A stretch of 64,000 nt of DNA. Source: Trichinella spiralis. Lineage: Eukaryota. The stretch lies in the NCBI RefSeq assembly GCF_000181795.1, contig NW_003526943.1, positions 7,802,672 through 7,866,671 on the forward strand, written 5' to 3'. Position numbers and translations under genes: made by a program. The notes below the pieces were generated by a model, which was given only the letters and a program-made list of their open reading frames with translations, did not search any database and was not told where the DNA came from. Positions 26,876 through 38,570 of the stretch are shown here, piece by piece. Every line of letters begins with the position of its first letter. The stretch's first letter is position 1.

Positions 26876-29800
26876 ATATTTTGCAACGCCATCGCCATCA
26901 ATTCATTTCGACACATTGCCTATTGACCGACACACTTTTGGAAGTAATTATTTGGAGCAGAAGTTGAAGCTAAAACTAAAAATGTTTGATGAGCATTCTG
27001 AAAAAATTGAGTCCATGCGATTTAGCACTGTTCAAGATTCAAACGTGATCTCACATTGAATTTCTCATTACCTCCCGTTTTTGTATATATGTCAAAGTCA
27101 TTAGCATTAGCAACGTTGTTTCCGGATGAAAGCCATTTAGATGAAAGTGGTGAAGCCTTTGAAAGCAGAAGTTGTTCGTCCTTGGATGCTGTATCTTCTG
27201 AAAAAATTAATCACTGTCTCTCTTGTGGAAAAGACATTTCAAATTATACGGATGTGCAGTGTCAGCAGCATCTCAACAGGTAATTCGATTGAAATTTATT
27301 TACTTTACATACTGTACAACATTTTCTGTAATAAAGTTGTCTGGATTCAAAAGAAAAGAACGCCGCTTTTCAACAAGCTGAAGAGAAATGGAACCAAACT
27401 ATAGATTGTCCATTGTGCAGTGAACCGCTACCTCCTGGACCAGTAAGTAGCGTTGATTCGGATTGCGGTGCATATAAAACAGACTGTAAATGTTTCGTTT
27501 CCTAATAACTAATAAAATTGGCTATATTTGAAATTAATCGTGTAATCTTTCTATGGATGTCATGGCAGTTGATTATAAAAAATTTCTTTAATGCATTTTA
27601 GAAATACTGAGAATATTGCTTTGTATCGTTGTTGTTGCTGCAGTGCATTTTATTTCATATTATACTGCCAATGAAATTAACAAAACTTTAAATTAGTTGT
27701 TTTTTTGTTGCGAATATTTTATACTTTTTTTATTTTAGTTTCGTCAAACTCACTTAAAACGTTGCGGCAACGCTCACAATTTGCCAGCATCCGAACTTTG
27801 TCGTCTAGTACAGATTCAAGAATCGATTGCTGATTCCAAAAAAAGAAGTGGTTTGCAGCATACCAAGTAGACAAGTGATTTCAGTGTTTTTTATTTGATT
27901 TTATTTTTTAATTTTAGGTTAAAAAAGCCAAATATTAATTCAGCTCAATTTCAAGCGAAGAAACGTGACAAACGAACTCCAAAAACGTGATTTAATTTTC
28001 AAAAATAATAATATTTCTTGATATATAATATAGTGTTTTTTTAGAGCATTTGACGAACAGATTCAGTTAGCTCAAGCAATTAGTCTTAGTCTTTCGGAAA
28101 GAAATTCACATGTTGAAATTGCAAAACCGCAAGCACGGCAATTTAAGCAGTAAGTTTCAATCTAAACGAAGCATAATTTTAGAACAGCAGAGATTGCATC
28201 CACAATATATATTTATTTAATTGTTAATCAATCAACTGAATATATGTTTTTATTTATTATACAGATCTCGCCTTCCGACAAAATTGCAGCTTACATCTGC
28301 TGAAGCTCAAATTGACTTATTAAAAGATCGTTTGGTCATTTTACTAAGTCGCAACGATTCCAACCTAAAGTGGACATTAGAAAATGACCGACCAGCTGAA
28401 GTAAACAGTTTGTAGCAGGATTTTTTTGTTCCCACTTCTAAGCAGAATTAAAATTTCAGTCGCTTTGGTGGTACGCAGATTCTGTTGATGTATACTGTGA
28501 GCCGAAAAAAATAAAAGACTCAGCTGCTGTTATGGTTTCTCAAAATATGGACGTGATTTGTGGCGTTGAAATGGAAAATTCCGATGATATTGAAGTAATT
28601 TGTCGTCGTTGTTGTTATTTTTAGCATTTTAATGATGATGATTGTTTGTTTGTTTGTTTTTTCAGCTTAAAAGAGATCCTGATCGTGAAATTAAATTATT
28701 TTCGGAAAAGCGTTTAGAAAATTTTTGTGCTGACATGCTGAATTTGTTGGAAAATTCCAAATTGGCCGATGTCACCATATTTTGTGGTGAAAATGATTCC
28801 AGCATTTTAATGGCGAATTCCATAATTTTACAAGTTCGATGTCCAACATTTTTTCAAGTAATATACGAACGTTGTTATCGTTATTTATTTTTCTTCTGTT
28901 ATTTTCCCATTTAATGAGCTTAATTTTAATGAGAAGAATTTTAAATCGAATCAGTAATGAGTGTTTAGTCGGACAGTTGTTATTAATCCAATTATAAATG
29001 AAAACTATTTTATTTGCATATTTCTTGTGCAAATTTAAAATTAAATGACATCTTATTTTAAATGCTTTATCGATCTTGGAGCAGCTTTTTTTTTCTCATT
29101 ATTATTTACAATTTTATTAACAAATTTTTGTAATGTATTCGAGTACTTTACGAATTATTCAGTGCAATTTCTAGTGCAAAAATCATTTTTGGTTATGTTC
29201 TACTTAAAAAAAAAGATAATTTTATTTTTGTTTTACATTGAAAATGCCAATTGTTTTTCATTTTTAAATTTTATTGTTCTAATTTCATCTAGATGGCAAT
29301 TTTGGAAGAGGATAAGAAATACAGTATTTTTTGTCCAGATGTTTCGCGGGCTGTGATGGAATCATTTCTTCGATATTTATATTTTGCGGATGACGGGCTA
29401 TTCCATTCCCAGTATTCCAAGGATCTTGTTGCCCTTTTAAATCGGTAAACAATAGTTGTTTTTTGTTCTTAAATTTAAATAAGCAAGCATGCTGTTTTTC
29501 AGGTTCAATCCTACAGGATGGGCCGAAGCGGTGAAGCAGTCGGCTAGCATGTGTTCAATTTTAACGAATTCGACGAATTTTATCGACAAAGAAGTGCAAA
29601 CGGATTTTCCAACGTTTGAAAATTGTCGATGCAACAGTGAGTTGTTGCATTGTTTGTTTTTTTCTGCAATTATATTTATTTTTGCATTTGATGATAAAAT
29701 TTTATTTCGAAGATGATCCAAGCAATAGTGGACAAAGCAGTATTCGTGAAACAGCGACTGTTGAAATGGAATATTCACTGGTCGATGATAACAACATCAT

Positions 29801-31737
29801 GAATTCGACGAATTCACTTGTCAACAACAATTTAGCAGAGCAGAAATGTTCAGTTGTGCCAGTTGATGATGATTTGGGCAATACTGAAAGCGACTGCATG
29901 GAAATGATCGAATTTATCAACGATGAAGGATAGTATGAATTGTCTGTTTCTTATTTTTTTTAAATATATTCAAGATTGTTTAAAAAAATTATACCTTGAT
30001 CTTCCTTTTTTTTGCTTTCAGTTTGCATAAAAATGTGACAACTCCGCGAAGTCGTGCACCGTCGTCTGGCACTCCACTTGCGAAAGTTGTGATATTGAAG
30101 AAAAATGAGCTTATTTCGGAAAAATATTTTCTAATTATTGCACAATTCTATTTAGGCTAGAAAGCGATTGATTGCCAAATATAATAAACTTCAAACTCCT
30201 GTAGTGAAGAATTTGTCAAGAGATGGCATTACTGTTTTAAAAATTGGCGATGTTACACCGGCTCCAAATTACACTACCATGCCAACGCCCCAAATACAGG
30301 CAATAATTTATCAGTTATTCGTTATATATATATATATATGCGATTTGCAATTGACTAGTGATTGTGCTTATTTTCTAGGAATCACTTCAACGATTTGGAC
30401 TTCGGCCGCTGCCTAAACGAAAAGCTGTCAACGTATTGCAAAGAATTTACAACGAAACACATCCATGTAGGTGCATTTTTATTGAAATTTTGCAAATTAT
30501 TCCGATTGATTGGTTGATTAATTCATTAATTTAGTTTTATTTGCATTTTTCGTTGCATTAGCATGCTTTTATGACCAAATGAATATGTATAAAATAAAAT
30601 GTATATAACTATCTTATCAGTGATGTTTTTTTTATCAATCAATTCTGCTGCTTATTAATTACTTTATTTATGATCTGTTTTGTTTTTGTTTTGCGTGATT
30701 TCATTTTGAAAAATTTTAGTTATTAAATCAGACGGCTCTTATGAAGTAAAGCAAGAAGAGTGTGCATTTAATAAAAGGAAAAGAATGGATAAATCTCAGA
30801 AAACTGATCAACAGGCAAACACAGTTTGTAATACTCAGCTTTGTCGTACTGATGAAAACCAAATGTATGCAACTTTGTTCTGTTTTTTTTTTGTTTTGTT
30901 CTGCTTTTAATATACTTTGTCATATGAGTTGTTACATTTAGGCTATCTGATAAAGAAGTATTCTCATTGGAAGAATCATTTATTCCCAAAGAATGTGCAG
31001 ATGACAATGTATTATTTTATTCATTTGTTTATTTGATGTGTTAATACGCAGCGCATTTTTAATGTGATCTTTTATCTTTTAAATAATTTATAATAAATTA
31101 ATAAATGCATAAATTATAAATAAATTTAAAAATAACTACACAATAGGTTGATTTAGAAAATAATATATGAATTAAAAAGAATATTTATGAACGATCAATT
31201 AATTTAATGTATGCATTGCATTATGAATAATTTTAGGAAGAAAAAGATTTGCATCAAAATCTGACCGATGTGATCTCACAGGATTTAGTTCTTTATGAAC
31301 AAATTCTTACCTATTCAGTGAGTAATATTTCTTTTTCTTCCAGTCTTTCTATAACATTTTATTCATATTAAAAATAGCTGATTTTACGAGCATTATCATT
31401 TCTGCATATAAGTAAATAAATAAGTAAATATTTATTTATTTATTTGTATAAATGGTATTGGTTGTTGTCCAGTAAGGCGATTTTGTAAAATGATACTAAT
31501 AACGAAATGATTATTTTAAAAATCATTTACACTTTTTTTCATTTTAGCCTATTAATTTGAAAGAAACGCTGCAGCGTTTGAAGCAAAAAGGTGTGAAATG
31601 CTCACTGAACTCGTTGATGAATTATTTAGATGAGCAGGTGATTATTTTAAATATTATTAGCTTTTGTAAAATAATGTTTACTTTTCATTTAGTGTATTAC
31701 TTTTGTAATGAAAGAAGGTACCGATTTCAATGCTTGA
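26876..31737 (+). CDS. SLX4: SLX4/HIM-18 structure-specific endonuclease scaffold; multi-exon, 5' end approximate
   Basis: UBZ-like fingers (CLSCGKDIS...QQHLNRCLD; CPLC...THLKRC), EQIQLAQAISLSL, a BTB domain (LADVTIFC...ILQVRCP), SAP (TPAPNYTTMPTPQIQESLQRFGLRPLPKRKA...IYNETHP) and an SLX1-binding C-terminus (LYEQILTY...LMNYLDEQCITF). Confidence 0.88.
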
Positions 31738-34700
31738 AAATGCTTCACCACGACGACTATAAATGGCATTTGAATATTTGGGTGTATTTGTTCAAATATT
31801 AAAATTGATTAATTTTCAATTAAATTGCTTTTTTGAGTGTGTAACTTTATGCATATTTTTAGAAAATGTCTACTTATGCTTTAAATCTGTTTAATTTTCT
31901 TCAAACGTCTTGTGATTGCAAAAAAGCACATGATTATTTCAGCTTTTCATGATGTACAGCAGTGTAATTTAAAATTTTAATGCACAGATATGAAAGCAGT
32001 TGTTTGGCTTTTAATAATTGGTTTTCCAACAGACTTATAACGAATTTTTAAATACTGATGTAATCTTTTTTTGTGTTTAGTCAGTATCCAATTGATCAAT
32101 TCATTTCGTTGCTTATAGAATTTTTTCACTTTTTACGAAAGATTATGTTATTTTTGGCAGGCATTAATTGATGCTCAGTCTTATAAACTACTTTTAGACG
32201 TCCCTGTTCATTTTCAATCACAGCAACACAGTATAATGTGTTGCACAATAAGCTGCAGTTATTTATTATTATTATTGTTGTTAAAAAATGCTTGTATGTG
32301 TAGTATCAAGGTTGCTCATCACTTCACGAAAAATAAATTTGATGGTGATGGCATAGATTGATTTTACACTGAAACCGTTTAAATTTATTATCACAATAAA
32401 ATTCCCAAAAGAAAATTTATTGCTGACTTCGTATTTTTGCTGTAGATTATTTCAATGTAAAAATTGTTAGCTAAAGCCTGTTCTTGTAATACGAATGCAT
32501 CAGAAATGTGTAATTAGAAATTAAAAGAGTAGAAATTGCTACTTGAAATAAATAACAGTATTTTGTGATACACGATAAACGTTGTGGGAAATATTTGATT
32601 AGCAGTTTTTAGGTAAAATTTCATATTTTACGCCAAAATAGAATTTTTTCAAAATCCACTTTTCTCAACTTAGTAATTTTTTTAAATTTCGCGACGCTTA
32701 TTCATGAGTTCTGCTTTTTTCAGTTCTTTTTTCTTGCGTTCCTTTGGGCTGTTGTTTTTTGATTTTATGTTTGCATTAACTAACGCAAGTTTCTAACACA
32801 CTCAGATAATTTGTGAATGAAATTATTGAAATTTCTTGTTGATATTTTAAATTCATTTACGATTGAATTAATTTTATAATTAATTCTGTGATAATTAAAT
32901 TTGTATCCATAATAATAATAATTTACAATTTGTTATTACTGTATATCGAGACATGCATATCATTGTTTACTGTATCAATTTATACTCAAAACGATTAAAA
33001 TATTTGTAAAATATTGTTGCACGCTAAATTACGAAATTTTAGGTTCCTGGCATAAAATGCAGACGTGGTTGTCAGAAAAATGGATTTTCCAAAAGTACTT
33101 AAATTTTTTTTAATACAGCATTAATAAATTTAATTTTTTAAGTGTGCCTGCGAAGACTGGAAGTACGATGAAGAAAGCGCTGCTTTTCCTCATCAGCCTT
33201 GCGCGACATGGAATGAAATATTTTGCTCTACCATGTTTATCTGTCGCATTTTTTTTTGATTTTCGTATTGAAATGAATTTCAATATACAAAATGATGACC
33301 TTTAATGGCTTGGCATTGTTTCTGCTGTTAACTGCTGTTAATTTTTGTTTCACAGTTGTTTTCATTGATAGAATGTTCTAGAACTTTTTATGTTCTTTGA
33401 TCATTATAACTTGTCAGATTTTTCTATATTGCTCGACGCTACATTTTCATTCTGTTCATTTCAAATTGAAATATTCAAAACTTGAAAATTTGAATAAATT
33501 TGGAATTTTATTTTGTAAGTGGGCTGTTTCTTTTTTAGTAGAATATTTGTTTATGTATATTAATTTGCTTTATCTGAAATATGTAATATTAGTCTTCTAT
33601 ATTTAATATTTCTGTGAAATTACAAAACATGTTGAAAAGATTGATAAGCTGTTTTTGTTTCTTTTGTTTTTTAAAATCAATCTAACTTGCTAGTATAAAT
33701 GAATCTTTGTAGTCATTCCAACATGGCGACAAGCTATTTTCTTTTAAATACTACTGCATACATTTGAATGTGCTTTACGATTTTTAAAAAATGTTGGGCT
33801 GGTTCAATGAAGGCTACTGTTTTTCTATTGGTTGAGGTTTTCATTGATTTATTCGTTCATCATGATTTCAGTATGGTTCGATCTGCCATAATTATTTTTT
33901 ATTGGCTTCTATGATTCGAGATTCCATTAGCCAACAATATCTAATATTTCATTGTCAAGTTGTGAGTGGCTGCAATATTTGAGACTTTAAAATCTTTTTA
34001 ACCTGCATAACTTTAAGTGAAGTTTTTGATAGTTTGAAATTTTTATTAAAATTGCTATTCTATTTTGTCAAGGTTTGTCATTCATTGTGATTAACTGTGA
34101 TTAGATGACGGAGTTTGTTGATTTACGCTCGATTGTGCATGTGGGGCAATGGAGTGTGGCTAGTCAGAATTTTATCTGGCGGAAAAGAAAATATACAATA
34201 CACTAGCGAAAGAGAAGAACGGTATTATCTTTAAATGCTACATTTATAAAGTCTGATACAGCATGCAATTTTATATTCTGAAAAATAAGCCCTCACATAT
34301 TTGATATGCAAAAATTAGCATAAACTCCTCAAAGTTGTCATGCTTTGGATATATTTCATCCATCAAACCAGCATAAACCATGAAAGCAAGATCTGGAAAT
34401 GGCATAATTTGATGCATTATGCAGATGCAAACGGTCTTTCACGGAAAGCAGCATTCAAAAGTGCAAAAGTGCACAAGAACACTGCAGTTTTCATAAAATT
34501 CAGTCACTTTAACTATGGAAGTTTCAGTTAATTTTTGAAAACGTGCATAAATAATTTGATCCCAGTAGATTCAGTTTTTTTATCGTTAAGCATCTAATGC
34601 AGAATATAAACATGGAAATACTTTATTACGTAATAACGGACACTTCTTACAGATTTATAATAATAAAATCTTAATTACCTATAAAGAAATAATTAAAACT

Positions 34701-35245
34701 AACATTCATTTCAAATTCATATTATAAAAATGAAGTAAAACAGCAGAATCTCTTGATTCCACAGCTTTTTTTAAGTAACAAAACTAATTATGAAAATCAA
34801 CAATGATGAACACTGCCACTTAATGAAAATCATTCAAACTGGTACATCTTTCAAAGCTTTAAACATGAATTTCATTAAACAACAGAATGAATGAATTTTC
34901 AATTTTAATTTTTCACAGAAATAAATAATAAATGACAAAACAGAATTAACAAAAAAAAACAATGCACTGATTTGCCAAGAAAAACAAATCAAACGATGTT
35001 AACATTAAATAGACCATATCAGAGCAACTTTTAACGTGGTGTACAGAACAGGGTATCATAATATTTAATAACTACAAATACATGCCGGGCAGTATAGAAC
35101 AATGCATATTAGTGATGGAATCATCGTTTACACACGTTTTCAAATGAACAGAATAAAAACAGTTTACACTTCACCCCAAATAAATGTCTATAACATGCAC
35201 GCTTAGTTTGCACTATGTTATAGTAATACTTTTACAAATAGCAGT

Positions 35246-36668
35246 TGTTGTGTATTGAATTAATATAATCCAAAATTATTGCGAATGTAACTTGATCATC
35301 TTCTATTACTTCATATACTGTAGCACATAGACAACATAGTTAGTTAGTTACGAATATACATAGCGTGTGTGTGAAGTTCAAGTTAGTGTGTCGAATAAAC
35401 AATTACCGTTTTCTACCGAGTTTTGATCATGGCAGAAACACAACACGTTCTGGCGACGAGGATGGGATCGCTCAGACTGGGCCACATCGAAGAATTCGAT
35501 ACATCAAATCCTAAGGAATGGAATTCCTACGCGTCTCGTTTGATGTTCTATTTGGAAGCTAATAAGGTCTCAGCCGACGCTGATAAACGTGCAGTCCTGC
35601 TTAGCTCTTGTGGTTCAGCGCTTTTTAAGCTTGTGGAATCCCTGTTATCTCCTGCCAAGCCGGTAGAAAGATCGTTCGATGAAATTATAAATGTCTTGAA
35701 CGACCATTTTGCGCCTCAGCCTTCTGAAATTGTTAATCGACACATTTTTTATCAGCGTAAGCAACAGCCTGGCGAAACGGTTGCTGAATTCATCGCAGAT
35801 TTGCGCCGATTGGCTCAAGGTTGTAACTTCGTCGATCTCGAAACGATGTTGCGCGATCGTTTGGTATGTGGCCTGAGAGATGAAGCTGTGCAACTGCGAT
35901 TATTTGCGAAGAAAGTTTTGACATTCCAAATGGCTCAGGAAGAAGCCCTGTCCGCCGAAGCTGCATGTAAGCATGTTTGTGAAATTCGCGCTGTCAACGT
36001 CGATTCATCAGCACCGAATATTCATCACATGTCAAGCAAACGTCAAACTTATAAGCAAGCTAATGTGTGTGCCAGTTGTGGAGGACAGCACAATCGAGCG
36101 TTTTGTCGCTTCAAGAATGCTGTTTGCCGGTGTTGTCAAAAAGCTGGTCACATTGAACGCGTGTGTAGACCTAAACAAAGGCGCTCCAAGCCTCAGGCTA
36201 AAGCAAGTGCTATCTCAGTAGCTGACACGCATCAATCTTATTTGCTGAATTGTATTACTTGTCGATCTACAGCATCCCTTCGCTCACTCAAGCTAAGCGT
36301 TTTCCTTAGCATTGGAGGTAAACGTTGTCAGTTAGAAGTTGATTCAGGATCTGACGTGACAATCATTTCTGAGCAAACTTTCGAAGATTTACGGAACAAC
36401 CAACCAGACCACCGCGGACTCGCAGAAAACCAAAGTGGATGGAGGACTACGTTATTTAATGGGGAAGGGGTGTTGTGTATTAAATTAATATAATCCAAAA
36501 TTGTTGCGAATGTAACTTGATTACCTTCTATTTTTCACATACTGTAGCACATAGACAACATAGTCAGTGAGTTACGAATATAGATAGCGTGTGTGTGATT
36601 GCAAGTTAGTGTGTCGAATAAACAATTACCATTTTCTACCGAGTTTTGATCATGGCAGAAACACAGCA
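35246..36668 (+). mobile_element. Internally deleted Ty3/Gypsy (Mag-like) LTR retrotransposon with both LTRs and a 5-bp TSD (GCAGT)
   Basis: LTRs at 35246-35445 and 36471-36668 (TG...CA). GCAGT on both sides. PBS TGGCGACGAGGATGGGAT at 35451; PPT GGGGAAGGGG at 36461-36470. Confidence 0.95.
35462..36493 (+). CDS. Gag (two zinc knuckles) plus the start of the aspartic protease; RT, RNase H and integrase deleted
   Basis: GHIEEFD...W..Y..RL..Y..AN, RKQQPGETVAEFIADLRRLAQGCNF...MLRDRLVCG, CASCGGQH...C, CRCCQKAGHIERVC and LEVDSGS. The pol tail RRKPKWMEDYVI* lies in another frame just before the PPT. Confidence 0.9.
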   Translation: MGSLRLGHIEEFDTSNPKEWNSYASRLMFYLEANKVSADADKRAVLLSSCGSALFKLVESLLSPAKPVERSFDEIINVLNDHFAPQPSEIVNRHIFYQRKQQPGETVAEFIADLRRLAQGCNFVDLETMLRDRLVCGLRDEAVQLRLFAKKVLTFQMAQEEALSAEAACKHVCEIRAVNVDSSAPNIHHMSSKRQTYKQANVCASCGGQHNRAFCRFKNAVCRCCQKAGHIERVCRPKQRRSKPQAKASAISVADTHQSYLLNCITCRSTASLRSLKLSVFLSIGGKRCQLEVDSGSDVTIISEQTFEDLRNNQPDHRGLAENQSGWRTTLFNGEGVLCIKLI

Positions 36669-37102
36669 GCAGTATTGTATGCTCATTTCAAAACATTTAA
36701 ACACCCTTAAGTACCACTGTTGCCATTTGACAATATGTTCAAAATTTAAATGAAAGACAATAACAAATTCAAATTTCAAAAGACATGCTGAAGTTGATTA
36801 TATAATTTAATTTGTGAGCCGAAAAAAATTATTTGAGCGAAAATAAAATTTTCACCGCGAAAGGAAATATTTCAAAAAAGATATTAACCACTAGTTTACA
36901 AAAATGGACAATTTTATGTGATCTTAGAACACTCTGAGACATTTGCAGGTAGTTTTCTTTCCACTGCAATGACCATGCATATTTAGAAAGCAGCATTTTC
37001 TAATGAATATGGCACGAATGTTGCCAAGTATCACAACTGCCTTATCTGAGGCAAATCAAATAAAACAAAACAAATCCATGTACAGTTGAAAAATAATAAG
37101 TA

Positions 37103-37852
37103 CGGTGGAAGTCTGATTATCTGAACACTCGGCTTTTGAGGGTCTTTCGGATAATCGGATTTTCGGATAATCAAACGTTTTCAATTTTTCAAAATGTATT
37201 TACGTAATTGAAGCGTTTATAGCTGTTATTCTCAAATAAACGCGGAAAAGTAGACATTCTGTTCATTATGCGACGTTATTTACCCTTTACTCGCTTAAAT
37301 TGCATGAACATTTATTAACACAGCACTCTCACTGTCAGCAGACAACTTTTAGCCGTGAATTTCAAGCTCGCGTATGTCATGCCGACTCTTGAAGTTTGTT
37401 AGGCAACCTGAACTGGCTACAAAATTATCAATACCTAGCATATTACTGAAAGCTAGAGCATTCTCTTGCACGTTTCTGGAGGAACCACATGTATATTGCT
37501 GAATCAAGCGCGCTATTTGACGCTTTTTTCATCAATTTTCGTGAAGAACAGCTACTCGAAGAATCCATGTGCAACACAAAATCAGTTAGCTGACGTCGAC
37601 TGCGATAGATGTCTGAAACTGTGAACAGACCCACACCAAAACTCTCAGCGATTTTCCTGAGCAATTCACCCCTCTCCAATAGTATACACACTTCTGTCTT
37701 TTGCTTTAAACTCAAAACTTTTCTCTTTCTCGTGGTAGACATACCGGACATAAAAATTAGCCAACAACAGAATGTTACAGCATTAATGAAATGCAGGTTG
37801 TCCTACTGGAAGTGTTCAGATAATCAAATAACGGATAATCGGAGTTTCAGTG
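37103..37852 (-). mobile_element. Internally deleted Tigger/pogo (Jerky-like) DNA transposon remnant
   Basis: Psq and CENP-B HTH (RKRKVLSLKQK...IAESFGVG..TVSDI; LDSAIYMWFLQKR), continuing after a break as FVASSGCLTNFKSRHDIRELEIHG*KLSAD. Degenerate TIRs CGGTGGAAGTCTGATTATCTG and CACTGAAACTCCGATTATCCG, each flanked by TA. Confidence 0.88.
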
Positions 37853-38134
37853 TATTCATTCTTCTTTCATATTTGTATCCCTTTACTTACTTATTTGATT
37901 GTTTACAAAACTACTCATTCAGCTTTTGCAGATACAAGTATATTTGAAACTTGCATTAAATTTATAATTATTAATTTATTATGAAAAAATTAGCATTTAA
38001 GAAAATATTTGATTTTAAGAAATGCATACTAAAGCATGATCTACATGATGAGATTTACGTTGCGGCACAGCAGGTATTCTTTGATATCAGTTTTATTGAT
38101 AACCAAAAATTAGTAAAACAAAAATAAAATGATA

Positions 38135-38207
38135 TGGACCGCCGGGGTATCGATCCCCGTGCCTCTCGCATGCAAAGCGAGCGCTCTACCATTTGAGCTA
38201 GCGGCCC
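38135..38207 (-). tRNA. tRNA-Ala (anticodon TGC)
   Basis: GGGCCGC/GCGGTCC acceptor stem with G3:U70, CTCGC-TT-TGC-AT-GCGAG anticodon arm and GATCGA T-loop. Confidence 0.96.
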
Positions 38208-38570
38208 TGGTTGTTAAGCAATAATTTTTAAAATTAGTTCTCATCTTAATATGATAATTTCTCCATACTCTCTCTTTATAAATTTGAAATGATTTGCCAT
38301 CACATTTTACACAATTTTCAAAACTAGTAGAAACTGTTCACTAATGTTCACATATCATTGAATCAATTAAAGTAACCTTAATGCTGTTTACTATCTAACA
38401 TTCTATATTATAAAGCATTTAATTCTATGCTAAAACCTTTTCAATTCAAAGCAATACTTTCAAGGTAAGAACAATGCACTTGCATCTGAACTTTAATTTC
38501 ACAACAAATATTTTACTTGTTCACACAAAAAAACAATTTGAGCATTTCATATACTTTACTAATGCCAGCT

